From NCBI RefSeq assembly GCF_004010195.1, contig NC_057753.1:12514415-12578414 (forward strand): a stretch of DNA of 64,000 bases. The letters run 5' to 3'. Below the pieces are notes generated by a model that saw only the letters and a program-made list of their open reading frames with translations, did not search any database and was not told the DNA's origin. The position numbers and the translations under genes are program-made. This DNA is from Chiloscyllium plagiosum. Taxonomy: Eukaryota. This document shows positions 52,442 through 63,369 of this stretch, in pieces (position 1 is the first letter of the stretch; the number at the start of each line of letters is the position of its first letter).

Positions 52442-53352
52442 TTATTCCACTCTGCGTTTAAAGAAATTGGTGAGGGTGGCGAAGGGGTACATCAAAAAGT
52501 TCATTAACTCCTTTCTAAACAAATTCTGAGATATTGCATAAATGAAGACGTTGTTGCAGGAACTGAATAACTGAAGTGTGTTGGTCGTTTCTTGGAAGAT
52601 ATACTGTGGGTCACTGAAATCTAATCCACCGAAGTAGCTCTCTGCTTTAAGCCGCATGTAGATGAAATGTCCGACAAGAGGGGCCCACAGGAGGAGGAAG
52701 CTGAGAGAGATGGCGAACAGTAGGATGATGGATCTCTTGCGGTGGGCCATCTCCGGGTCTTGTTGCTTCTCTGCACCTCGGAGCCTCCTTCGGGCTCTGT
52801 TAGCCACTAGGATCTGTCTTATGGTCAGGACGTTCAGCATCAGAATAACGAAAAATGGGAGGAAAGGGGTATAAATCTGAAAGAGCCAATCATAAGCCTG
52901 CCAAGCTGGCCAGACGTAGAAGTTGGCTTTGATGTTGCAAAACCACGATACCCCATCTAAGATGTATAAGGGTTCGTAGATAAAGTAGTATGGAATATTC
53001 TTGACGCAGCATAGAGCACATACAATTCCAATGACCAGAGACGCCGTTTTCTCTGTACAGTATCTGGTCTTCAACTTCTGGCAGCAGATGGCCACGAAAC
53101 GGTCGATGGTAAAGGCGACTGTTAGCCAGACCGAACAATCCCGCGTGGCATAGACCAGTACGACGCTGAGAGTGCACACAGGAGTGGTCGACAAGACACT
53201 TTCCCGGAAATAGATGCGGCTGATTCGATTGAGGATTACTGCGGTGATGATGACAAAGAAATCAGTCACTGCGATAGCCACCAGGTAGGAGGTGATGCAC
53301 CGGGATAGATTGCACCGTCCTCGAGATAGAATTATGATTGCCAACAAATTGG
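52442..53352 (-). CDS. GPR139/GPR142-like GPCR, paralogue 3, exon 2 (spliced product 326 aa)
   Basis: CAG acceptor at 53355-53353; ANLLAIIILSRGRCNLS...AFTIDRFVAI...WFC...SSCNNVFIY; open to TAA. Confidence 0.92.
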
Positions 53353-54324
53353 CTGTGAGAGATCAAAAGAGAAAGTTATTACTGAACTTAGTCAAAACAC
53401 TGTCTGCTGCCTTTTTCAATCTTTTATGTAACAGCTTTAAAACACCGGTTTTCCACTTTCAGTCTCTGCCTATCCTGAAACCATTGACAAGCATTGGACA
53501 TTCAATACAGCACTATATATCTCTCAATGTAAATAGTCCCAGGAATAGATATTGTTCGCTCGTTACTGAGTAAACTCCAGTAGCTACTGTCCAATTCAGG
53601 ATAAATGGAATAATGTGGTCCCGATGAACGTATTCATACCAAACCCCGGACATGCTTCAACCCATAAATGTTTCCTCACGTTGCCTTTTCACTAGTGGTG
53701 TCCCACCCATTACAAATCTCATCATTCGAATCTTCAGAAGCTCCAGAGTCTTGCTACGTCCATTCCCGCAATCATACACAACTCTTTGTAATTACAAGTT
53801 AACTTTGATTGTGCCTCCCGTGTATGCCTAAAATTGATATTTCTAACGGTGTCAGTTATAGGTTTACATAATAAAGCTCTAAACTCTGAAATTATTACCG
53901 CAGATCTTCGCTTCTATTCCCTTCTTTCAGACGTTCCTTTGATCGACCCTTTTTTGCAATATCTCATATCTCACAAAATTGCATTAATTTACTAAAGCTG
54001 TTCTAGTGTTTGCTATGGGCGGTGTTGTGGCTCGAGATCATGTGTACTTTCTAATAATTATGAAGAATGTTGTTCTGGCCAATTATTCCAAAAAAGTATC
54101 TAGAGCATTCAGGAACGTATTTTTCATTCATACTTAAGAAATTGTCAGTACTGAACGATGATATGACACAGCACAGATAGCATCCCGTCATACGCACTGA
54201 ACGTCATTTGATGTCTATTAATGTTGCATATTGGAAAAGTTCAGCTATATCCTGAATAGGAAAGGAATGCATTTCAGGAAACACAGAATAAAAAATATAC
54301 TTTTCATGTGAATCAGTGACTTAC

Positions 54325-54394
54325 CAGGGGCGCCAATACCAGCGAGAATTGAATAGGAAACGACGAAGAAGGGGGCAATGACTGGTTCGTGCAT
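54325..54394 (-). CDS. GPR139-like paralogue 3, coding exon 1
   Basis: ATG 54394, MHEPVIAPFFVVSYSILAGIGAP + G|GTAAGT; 70 nt, phase 1. Confidence 0.9.
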
Positions 54395-54465
54395 CGTCGT
54401 TCAGAAACTGCAGGAGTTGTTGTCGCTGTGGAGGTTTGCTCTGTGACACATTTAAGTGCAACCTC

Positions 54466-54502
54466 ATTCATTCGGATTGATAATCTCCAGGGGGCCAATT
54501 AA
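54466..54502 (-). promoter_or_regulatory. Conserved promoter block: homeodomain + O/E-like site
   Basis: TTAATTGGCCCCCTGGAGATT (54502-54482) then AATGAAT (54472-54466) at the TATA-equivalent position. Confidence 0.7.
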
Positions 54503-54629
54503 ATAACAAGATGAATCTTACTGACAATTCCATGCACAATGAGATTACCTCACTCCTTCATGCCTTTCAACAAAGTGGACGATTTCAATTCACTTTGGGA
54601 CAGGCTCGTAATAATTTTAGTGGTTCGTC

Positions 54630-55280
54630 TGTTATGGACTGGGCCAGACCACTCAAAACATTCTAAAGCAGAAAGCCCAGACCATACCTTGCCTATTTGT
54701 TTCGGTAAGTGTACAATGAAAATTCACCGGAGTAACTTAGCTAGGTTGACTACTAGATTTTAAAACGGACAAAAATTAGTTCACAAAATTGCAGTTTGAA
54801 ACATGAAGAACCGAATACAGAATTACCCATAACACTTAGACTATCCAACTAGACTTAATTATGCTGTTCCGAAAATGCACAACAGTCCTAATAAATGAAC
54901 CCCTTAAACACAGAGTAAAAATGACAAAGAGGCTTAATGATCGAAGGTGAAGTGCAGAAGTGGAGAGAGAAATTCCAGTCTCAATTGACTGACTTCAGCA
55001 GCCTTTCTTCACACACACCACTGCTGAACTGATCTGCACAGCTAGATAGCTGACCTCACTCCCTTGACTGTACAGGTTACTTCTAAATCAGAATAGCTTT
55101 GCCGTGAAGACCCATTTGTTTACAGATAAACAAAAAGGTCTCCCAACACATTTTTTATCTCTCTATCACCCAGCCGATTTAGTGTCTGGGCCTTTTACAC
55201 AACCCCTCCAAAAATAAATCAAGGATACATTATCCTTGAGAAAAGAAACAGCTTTTAGAAAAAGAAACAGTTTTGTATCT
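54630..55280 (-). mobile_element. Probable 3' LTR of the adjacent Gypsy/Gmr1-type element
   Basis: Lies downstream of pol on the minus strand, preceded by purine tract AAGATGGAAGGAG and ending in ...CCATAACA. No second LTR seen to confirm. Confidence 0.5.
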
Positions 55281-55754
55281 CCTTCCATCTTAAACAAAAA
55301 CATCAATATTTAAAGATGACTTAATTTTTAAAGCACTGAGAAAAAATACCTGTTTGGTCCAGTAAATCACGCATGTATACTACACTGACTATATATGTAT
55401 ATATGTATATATATATATATGCAAACATGCACAACCACATTTGAATTCAGACCGTGGCATACCCACCACCCAATGTTTCCACATGTTATTCGAGTCTCAA
55501 CAATGTTTGGGCAATCACGTTTATGCAAACTGCCGCAGGCACAATTGTCAAATTGAATGGCTGTAACAACAAGCCCGAACTAAACAGCCTGGCATTTTTT
55601 GTCCTGAAATTTCTCCACAAATGTCAACGGGTTATGATCAGTGTACACGATTGTATCAGATGCGTTGCTGGTCATATAAACACTGAAATGTTTCAATGCC
55701 AACGCCAAGATCAAATTCTCTTTTTCAGCTGTTGAATGTTTTTGTTAATGAACA

Positions 55755-58250
55755 TTTACGCTCTAAGAGACATACCCAATGGATCTTTCTTTCTTCTCAT
55801 CGTCATCTTGCAGAGGTATCGCACTGACATCCACACCACTGGCATCCACAGCCGCCTTGAAAGGTTTCGTGTAATCAGCTGTAGCTAATAGTGGGGCAGT
55901 GGTTGACACAGTTTTTAGGCAGCCAAATGTCTTTTGACAGTCTGTTTTCCACTGAAACGTCTTGCCCTTTTTTGTAACAATTCATTGAGTGTAGCCATCA
56001 CACTTCTAACATTCGGCAAAAAGTTTCTGTTATGTCCACTCAATTCCAGGAACATTGGTAATGTTCTTTTCCTCGATGGCGTGGGAAATTCCCAATTACT
56101 TTCTTTTTCACACCCCGTGGGGCCATTTGTTCGTGTCTAATAACATGGCCCAAGAACGTGGCTTGGGCTTTAGCAAATTTTCTTTCAGCTAGGTTTACCA
56201 TTAAATCTGCCTGCTGATGTCGATCGAACAAGTCCAATAAATGCTGCAAACGTTTGCCATGTCATCAATGTACACCACACATATGAGCAATTCGGCAATA
56301 GCCATATTAGTTAGTTTCTGAAGTGTGGCTGGAGCATTTTTCATACCAATTGGCATGAGTTTAAACTGATATATCTATCTGGCATTACAAAACCCAAAAT
56401 TGACTTTGGGTTTCTGACAAAGGTACCTGCCAGTAGCCTCTGAGCAAGTCCAACTTAGAAATGTAAGTTCCTTGTCCCACCTTCTCGACACAGTCCTCAA
56501 CTGCGGAATTGGATATGCGCTAATCCATACATAACCATTGAGTACCATCTGGCTGTGGCACCGTGGCTCTGGGTGAGCTCCAGTTACTGTAAAACTCACT
56601 TCGATTGTGTCATCTTGGTGTATGTGTACTATCTCCTTCTAAACCTGTGCCATCTTTAGATGTTTACGCATATAAGGATGTTGCTAAATCGGAACAACAT
56701 CTCTTAGATCTGTCTCTTGCACAATGAGGTTTAGTATTTCCCAGTCTATTCCTATGATAATAATATCTCCTTTAGGTCATTTCGATTTTATTGTGGAAGG
56801 TAGCTCAATAATTTATCCCAAATTTTGACAACATCCTCATGGTTCAATTTGATTAGAGGAATGTCTTATTCAGAGACATTAACTTACTTTTTCCTTCTTG
56901 GTTATAATTATTAACACCATCTCCTCTTCCTTTCCTTCCCTGTCAAACTACCTTTTGAGCATATTCACATGACGCACTTTGAGAAATTTCATTCTGTCTC
57001 GAGTTCCTATCAAGTAGTTCACCTCACTGATATTTCCTCTCTGTTTGATAAAGTTTACGAAACCTTCCTGTTAAAGGTTCACCTGTTACTGGAAGTAACA
57101 CTAATACCTTATCCCCAATGGCAAAATTGCGAACTTTGATTTATTGTCAATTTCTTGCTCCATTGTATGCTGTGATATTTTTAAATGCTGTTTAGCCAAC
57201 TCCCCAGCTCTCTTTTCTTGTTCTATAAAATTTGACACATCATTCAAATGGGTGGTCTCTGAATTCTGATTAACTGTCCTATTGCTTCATGCCCCAGAAA
57301 TACTTCAAATGCACTGCATTTGGTAGATACGTTTGGTGCATCTCTGACCATAAAAAGACAAGCAGCACTCCCCGATCCCAATCATCTGGATAATCCTGAC
57401 TATAAGCCCTCAATATAGTATTTAATGTTTGATTCCACCTTTCTAGCGCTCCCTGCAATTCTGGATGGCACGCAGTAAATTTAGATTGTTTTATTCCCAA
57501 GCTATCCATAAACTCCATGAATATTTTGGACGTGGAGTTTTACCCTTAATCTGACTGAATTTCTATTGCTTGTCTGTATCTAATAATCAAAAGAAGATTT
57601 AATTCTTCTCCAACACTTTTAGCTGCGATATCACGCAATTTGACGACTTCAGGAAATCCAGTCGATGCATCCATTATTGTTAATAAATACTGCTTCACAC
57701 TTTTTGTTTGAGGTAGGGGACATCTGAAATCATTTAAGACTCTCGTGAACGGTTCCTCAAGTGCTGGAATAGGTATTAAAGATGCAGGTTTTATTATTGC
57801 CTGTGATTTTCTGATTAGCTGATACATATGCCACGCCTAGTAAAATTCAACTGCATCGACCAGGCCAGTAAAATGTCTTTGTATTTTACTTATTCTGCAT
57901 TTCCCTCACTCTTTAGTGACCTCCACCTGGCAGCTCATGTGCCACTCGCAGCACCCTCTTTCTATACTCAACTGCCAATACAATTTGAAGATACTGCAGC
58001 ACTGGTCTTTTGTAGCGAACTCTGCCTTTGTTGGAGCTTCTGTTTTCTCCTTCACCTGTAAAGCCAGGAATGCAAAACAAAAAGCCTGAACAGTCGATGC
58101 CTGCTATAATTGCCCTGAATATTCCCCGAAACATCGGCACCTGCCAGTTAGAGAAGGAGGCTTTCAGTCTCCAGCACCACTACTGTCCCTGAACTGAGGG
58201 ATTCGGTTAATCACAATGCCCTAAACTCCCAGAAACGTTGCATATATGCA
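55755..58250 (-). mobile_element. Gypsy-superfamily (Gmr1-type) LTR retrotransposon pol remnant, order integrase-RT-RNase H
   Basis: Integrase (RVAHELPGGGH; PIPALEEPFTRVL...QYLLTIMDASTGFPE; HPELQGALERWNQTL) at 57280-58140, then RT (AYPIP, KFAKAQATFLGHVI) at 56040-56700, then RNase H (DYTKPFKAAVDAS) near 55800-55900. Confidence 0.85.
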
Positions 58251-58499
58251 CATTTCGAAAACAGCCAAATACCTTTTGAATATGAGATTCAATCTGCTCC
58301 AGCTCTCTCTAAAGTAATTTGTATCATTGCAGAATAATCTTCTTCACAGATAGGAATCGTCAAATGTCTTCTGAATAGTGTTCAATATTTGGTACAAATT
58401 TTCTAACTGGCAATATGCCGATTGTTCTTCCAGAGAGTGGGACCACCAGTTTGGAACAATTGTGCTCTATTTCTCGAATGCTATAATTGTGAGGCTTTT

Positions 58500-58780
58500 C
58501 GACAGTGAGTTTAACAGTGTGACAGTATGACAGCGTGATTATGAGAGGGTGTATGTGAAGATGAGAGGTGGTCTGAGAATAAATTTTACAGTGTGAGAAC
58601 GAGCGTGAATGAAAGACAATGTGTGATGTGAAATAAAGAGAGTGTGCATGTACGTGTGAATGAGTGTGAGCTTTTCCGAGAGTAAATTTAACTAAAAGAA
58701 TATGAGAAAGAGACATTGCATCTAAGTATGAGTGAGAGTTTGAGAATGAGTTTAACAGTGTCAGAAGGAATGAATGTATT
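58500..58780 (+). repeat. Decayed GT/GA low-complexity tract
   Basis: TGTGAG/AGAGTG-rich; GAGTTTAACAGTGT occurs twice. Confidence 0.6.
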
Positions 58781-58984
58781 CTTTCTCTACACTTGCTGAT
58801 GGATCTCTTAATTCATACTGGTGAGTGACGGGTCGTCTAATTTGATCATAGAAAAGTGTTTTCTCGATTAGCCTGACTGTGTGCACATTAACTGGCCAAC
58901 AACAATAATAGGCCTTTTAAATGTCCTGATCAAAATAACAGCTGAAAAGAAAACCTGCTTAAAAAGGTGACACAAAAAAACATT

Positions 58985-59150
58985 AGACTAGAGAGAGGCC
59001 GTTCATCTTCTCCCACTGTGGGAGAGAGTTTACTCAGTCGTCAAATTTAGTGAGACTTCAGCGAGTGATGGAAACGTTATTATTACATGCAGTCACATTC
59101 AGTATTGAAAAAAAAATGTTTCTGAGTGCAGGGAAATTTACTCCGATTTA
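58985..59150 (+). pseudogene. C2H2 zinc-finger remnant
   Basis: TRERPFIFSHCGREFTQSSNLVRLQRV. Confidence 0.65.
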
Positions 59151-59904
59151 CTGCCATGTTCAGATAATCGGATTGCGGATGTTTTCCCTCAATGGAATTC
59201 CGTTTTTTGTTCCCCTTATTTTGAGCAGACGATTAAAGTAGTTTTTGGCAAAGATATGAAACAGAGGGTTCCACAACTCGTGATGTATCAATCAAGCATC
59301 TTCAGCCATAAATAATGTATTCAAAGCTTATATTCAAAGACTTATCAACAGGAAGTTCACACTGGATTGAGCAGAACGTCTTCAAAGTGACATCATTTTA
59401 ATTCAGAAGTGGAACAGTGAATCCACATCTGGAAGGGTCTTTGGCAATTGACAGTTTGTTAAATGTCAACATGTGTCATCCAAGAACTCATTTCTTCTTC
59501 AATCAAACCATCAGATAAATTCTCCATATAATCAGCCTAGAACTTCTAATTGCTGAGGAGAGAAACGAGTATGGAATTCGAAGACAAACAGATCAGTCAT
59601 GATTTTATTTAATGCAGGAAAAGTAGGGTTTCGTTCCACTCCTATTTCATGTGTTTCCATTTATATAAGGGAATTAGGCAATGGTCAAATCCAATTTTCT
59701 ACCTCCAACATCATAAATTAAAAAGCATAAACAAATGAACAGTTAATGGTGTTCTTGTATCTGACCAAGAGTTTAGAATTTAAGGAGTTGTTGAAAATTA
59801 GTTGCATTCATGAAGTCAATGTAGGCAGCCATTCGCCCTTCAAAAACTCGAAGATATTATTTCCCTAAATATTTGCTTGTGACACATGTAACCTGTTCAG
59901 GATA

Positions 59905-60226
59905 TAAGATTAGATTAGATTAGATTACTGACATTGTGGAAACAGGCCCTTCGGCCCAACAAGTCCACACCGCCCCGCCGAAGCGCAACCCACCCATACT
60001 CCTACATCTACCCCTTACCTAACACTATGGGCAATTTAGCATCGCCAATTCACCTGACCTGCACATCTTTGGACTGTGGGAGGAAACCGGAGCACCCGGA
60101 GGAAACCCACGCAGACACGGGGAGAATGTGCAAACTCTACACAGTCAGTCGCCTGAGGCGGGAATTGAACGCGGGTCTCTGGCGCTGTGAGGCAGCAGTG
60201 CTAACGACTGTGCCACCGTGCCGCCC
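59905..60226 (-). mobile_element. Young HE1-like tRNA SINE
   Basis: Minus-strand head GGGCGGCACGGTGGCACAGT...GTTCAATTCCCGCC; (TTAGA)n tail. Confidence 0.9.
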
Positions 60227-60329
60227 GACTATAAAGGTTGTGGCAGGGAGTGGACTTGTGATGGATTTGAGGAGAATAAGAATGAAAAGACATTGCTGGG
60301 CTCATGGAACGTGTTGATCATTCTAATTA

Positions 60330-61255
60330 TTCAAAAGTTTTACACATCCAAAATGCACGTGGTGGTAGAAGATAGTTTGCGTGATTGGAGGCTAGTGTTT
60401 TACGTCAGGGTTCAGTGCTGAGTTCCTTATTGGTCGTTTCATGTACGATCGGTTTCATTGAGAATATGGCAGGAGAGTCGGGTGGAGGACAAGGTACCAA
60501 TGTTTGCAATGACTGAAAACGTAGCCGGGTGATTGACAGCAAGGATGACTGTCATCGGTTACAGGCGGTTGTAAACAGTTTAGTAATGTGGCAGATTAGT
60601 AGCAGATGGAATTTAATCATGATAATAGTGAAGTGATGCATTTCAAAAGAAGCAAAAAAGATAAGGGAGTATTTAATGAATTCTAACAAACTACGAAATT
60701 CAGAGGAACTAAGATATTGTGGGGTGCTTGTGAACAGATCGCTGAAGGCGACAGGGAAGGTTTTTGCGACAATTTAAGATGCATAGGGGGCTCTTGCTAT
60801 TATCAGTGGAGGCATATATTAAACCGCCGTGAGGATTTATTGAAGCTGCACAGGACCTTGGTTGGGTCACAACTCTAGTTTTGTGTATACTTCTTGTCTC
60901 TATCGGAATTGTGTGATTGCACTCGAGGTGGAGTAGATGTGGTATAACATTTTGGCGGTATAGATAGAATGGATATAAAGCAGCTATTCCTCTTCATTGG
61001 AGAATCAGCAAGAATGGAGCATCATTTAAAAATGAAAGGCAAGAGGGTGAGAGGGGATTTGCGCTAAGAAGAAATTACCCAGAGAGTGATTGGCTGAAAC
61101 GCATTGCCTGGGTTGTGGTAGGTAAATTCACAATCTTCCAAAATTACTTCGATGAGGGATGGGTTTCGTGCTGCAAAGTAGAGAATTAGTGTAGTTTTGG
61201 TGGTAGAGACCTGATGGGTTGAAAACCCTATTCTGAAATATATGATTCGATGATT
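60330..61255 (+). mobile_element. Old decayed CR1 LINE
   Basis: CAGGGTTCAGTGCTG, GCAGATGGAATTTAAT and GAAGTGATGCATTT landmarks of CR1 RT. Confidence 0.75.
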
Positions 61256-61544
61256 TTGTTTTCTTGGAGTTATGGTGGTAAGTGGATAAAGAAGCCGTGC
61301 TGATCTTTACCCGGAGGGACAGGGTAACGGTATGATAGATTCAGTAATCTCTCTTCTCTGCAATTGGTTTTCTCAGGAATTTCTTCAAAGAAACCTGTGA
61401 CAGTTTGCTTCCAGTTTGCTCTGGTTTCCTGGCGGCCGTGCTGTTGAGCGCTAAACACTGCACTTCACTTTGTGGTTGCATTTATTTTTGTGATTCTGAG
61501 CAACACACAATCTCTAACAGAAAGACCCTCAAAAACTGTTCAAT

Positions 61545-62040
61545 AGTTTTTAAACAAAGCTCAGATTGCTTTTTTTTTCACTGTGCGGCTGAAAGCACAT
61601 AAATATATGGCAGTGTCAGTCAGCAGCAGCCCTAAAATGGTCAAACTGGTGAGTTTTATTCCATGTTGGAGCTCTGCCGAGAAACGGTCTCGGAATGGGC
61701 TCCTTTCCTTTGTTCTGTATCCCAAGACCGTCTCCACACAATAAACTGAAGCTCCGTGTCTGATTGTTGCTGGCGCCAATACAAATAATACTCGCTTTCT
61801 GTTGTACTGTAGGTACATCTCATAGTCACCTATTCACCCACTCTCCTGCTCTCGGAAGGCTGAGACTGAGTTACGGAATTACTATCACTGAGATCTGTAA
61901 CATGTTCAGAAAGAAGAAGGCAGTGTTTTAAAAATATCACTCGAATAACTACGTGCTTTTAGTTTGTAAAAGACACAATTGGACTATTCCTCACCTGCAA
62001 TGAACATTGCGAGTAGAAGACAGGTGCTGAATATCGGCAT
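61545..62040 (-). pseudogene. TCR alpha/delta-type V pseudogene, best preserved in the window
   Basis: Leader 62040-61995 MPIFSTCLLLAMFIA + GTGAG; V exon from 61894 DLSDSNSVTQSQPSESRRVGE*VTMRCTYSTTESEYYLYWRQQQSDTELQFI, one frameshift, DRFSAEL...LTILGLLLTDTAIYLCAFS; perfect CACAGTG (61585-61579), 25-bp spacer with a poly-A run, TTAAAAACT. Confidence 0.92.
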
Positions 62041-62067
62041 GGCTGCTGCCGACTGACACTGTCGGTT

Positions 62068-62122
62068 TCTTTAAAAGCCCAAACTCGGACAGGAAGACAC
62101 AGCATGAGAGGCTCCGATTGGC
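62068..62122 (-). promoter_or_regulatory. Candidate V-segment promoter (CCAAT, ETS-like, TATA-like)
   Basis: CCAAT at 62121-62117, CTTCCTG at 62096-62090, TTTTAAA near 62076-62070, just upstream of the leader ATG. Confidence 0.3.
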
Positions 62123-63084
62123 TGAATGCCAGTTTCTAATGTAATGGTTCCATTACAACAGTTTAATCTCAGAGACAGAAACCAAAAAAAAAGTTGAGAT
62201 TCAAATTAGATCCTGGTCACCTGCAGCTGTTTCCAATTGTGCAATCTCTCTGATTGTGGAGAGTTGTGACAAGGAATTTGCTAATCATCTCTGAAAGTGA
62301 AAACAGCAGCACAAATATAACAAATGGCCAATAATTCTTAAAATGGAGATTGGAAATAGAAAGAGGAACGGATTTATTTTTAGGAATGTCCCTATTTCAC
62401 AAAACTATGCTGGATAAAGTAACTACTGTGAGGCAGAGTTTCAACTCAATGATGAAACTCCGGTCTTAGCTCCACAAGCACAATTCAGATAACTGCTTGG
62501 AGAAAACACAGAATGGTAGAAACTAGAAGAATACAGTTATCATCAGATGGGCTGGAATTCCTCTTCACACGTTTCACAAGAAACGTCTTGTGGAGGAGGG
62601 ATGGGAAACTGTCACAAAGCTAGACACTTTTTTTCTGAAAGTTGTTCCTTGGCTCAAGGACGCTCTGTCCTTAATTTTTTTTCCAGATAAACCAGGCCGG
62701 GCTCCAATCAGTCTGGTTTGGTACAGAAAAAGATTTTGAGAGGCCTTTTATTTATATGTAAGTAGATGAGACTTCAGTCTAAAGTTCGTGTTTTAGAAGT
62801 GGCCTGTAGGATGAAAGAGGAGTGGTTAGCTCTCTTGCTGAGCTGTTTAGTTCAGTCCTGAACTGCTGAGGATTTCAACAGAGAGCTGTGTGGAAACTCT
62901 CTCTCTCTTTATGCTCTTGAAATTCAACCTGCCACTTGTCCAAAAGCATCGGTCTCCTTTACGTTTAGAGTACGCCCAGGTACTTTCCAGCATATCATTG
63001 TAAATACTGGGGTGTAAAATACACAGTAAACCGTCGAAAGCTCCCTCGACGGTATGATAGCTTGATGAAAATGTATGAGGTAAA

Positions 63085-63210
63085 AACAATGACTGCAGAT
63101 GCTGGAAACCAGATTCTGGATCAATGGTGCTGGAAGAGCACAGCAATTCAGGCAGCATCGAGGATCTTCAGCAAAATCGACGTTTCGGGCAAAAGCCCTT
63201 CATCAGGAAT
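63085..63210 (-). mobile_element. Penelope-type terminal repeat with minimal hammerhead core (63175-63210)
   Basis: CTGATGA-A-GGGC-TTTT-GCCC-GAAA-CG-TC on the minus strand. Confidence 0.75.
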
Positions 63211-63369
63211 AAAAAAAAAAATGTATGTGTGGTTTCACTTGCATGGATAATTGGGGAAGACAGTTTTGAAAAGGTGGCATAGGCTCAGCGGAGGTAACTA
63301 AAGATACCAGAAACTGTAAAAGTGTTGACAGATTGTGAAAACTGTCAGGAATCTAACTTCAGGAATCGC

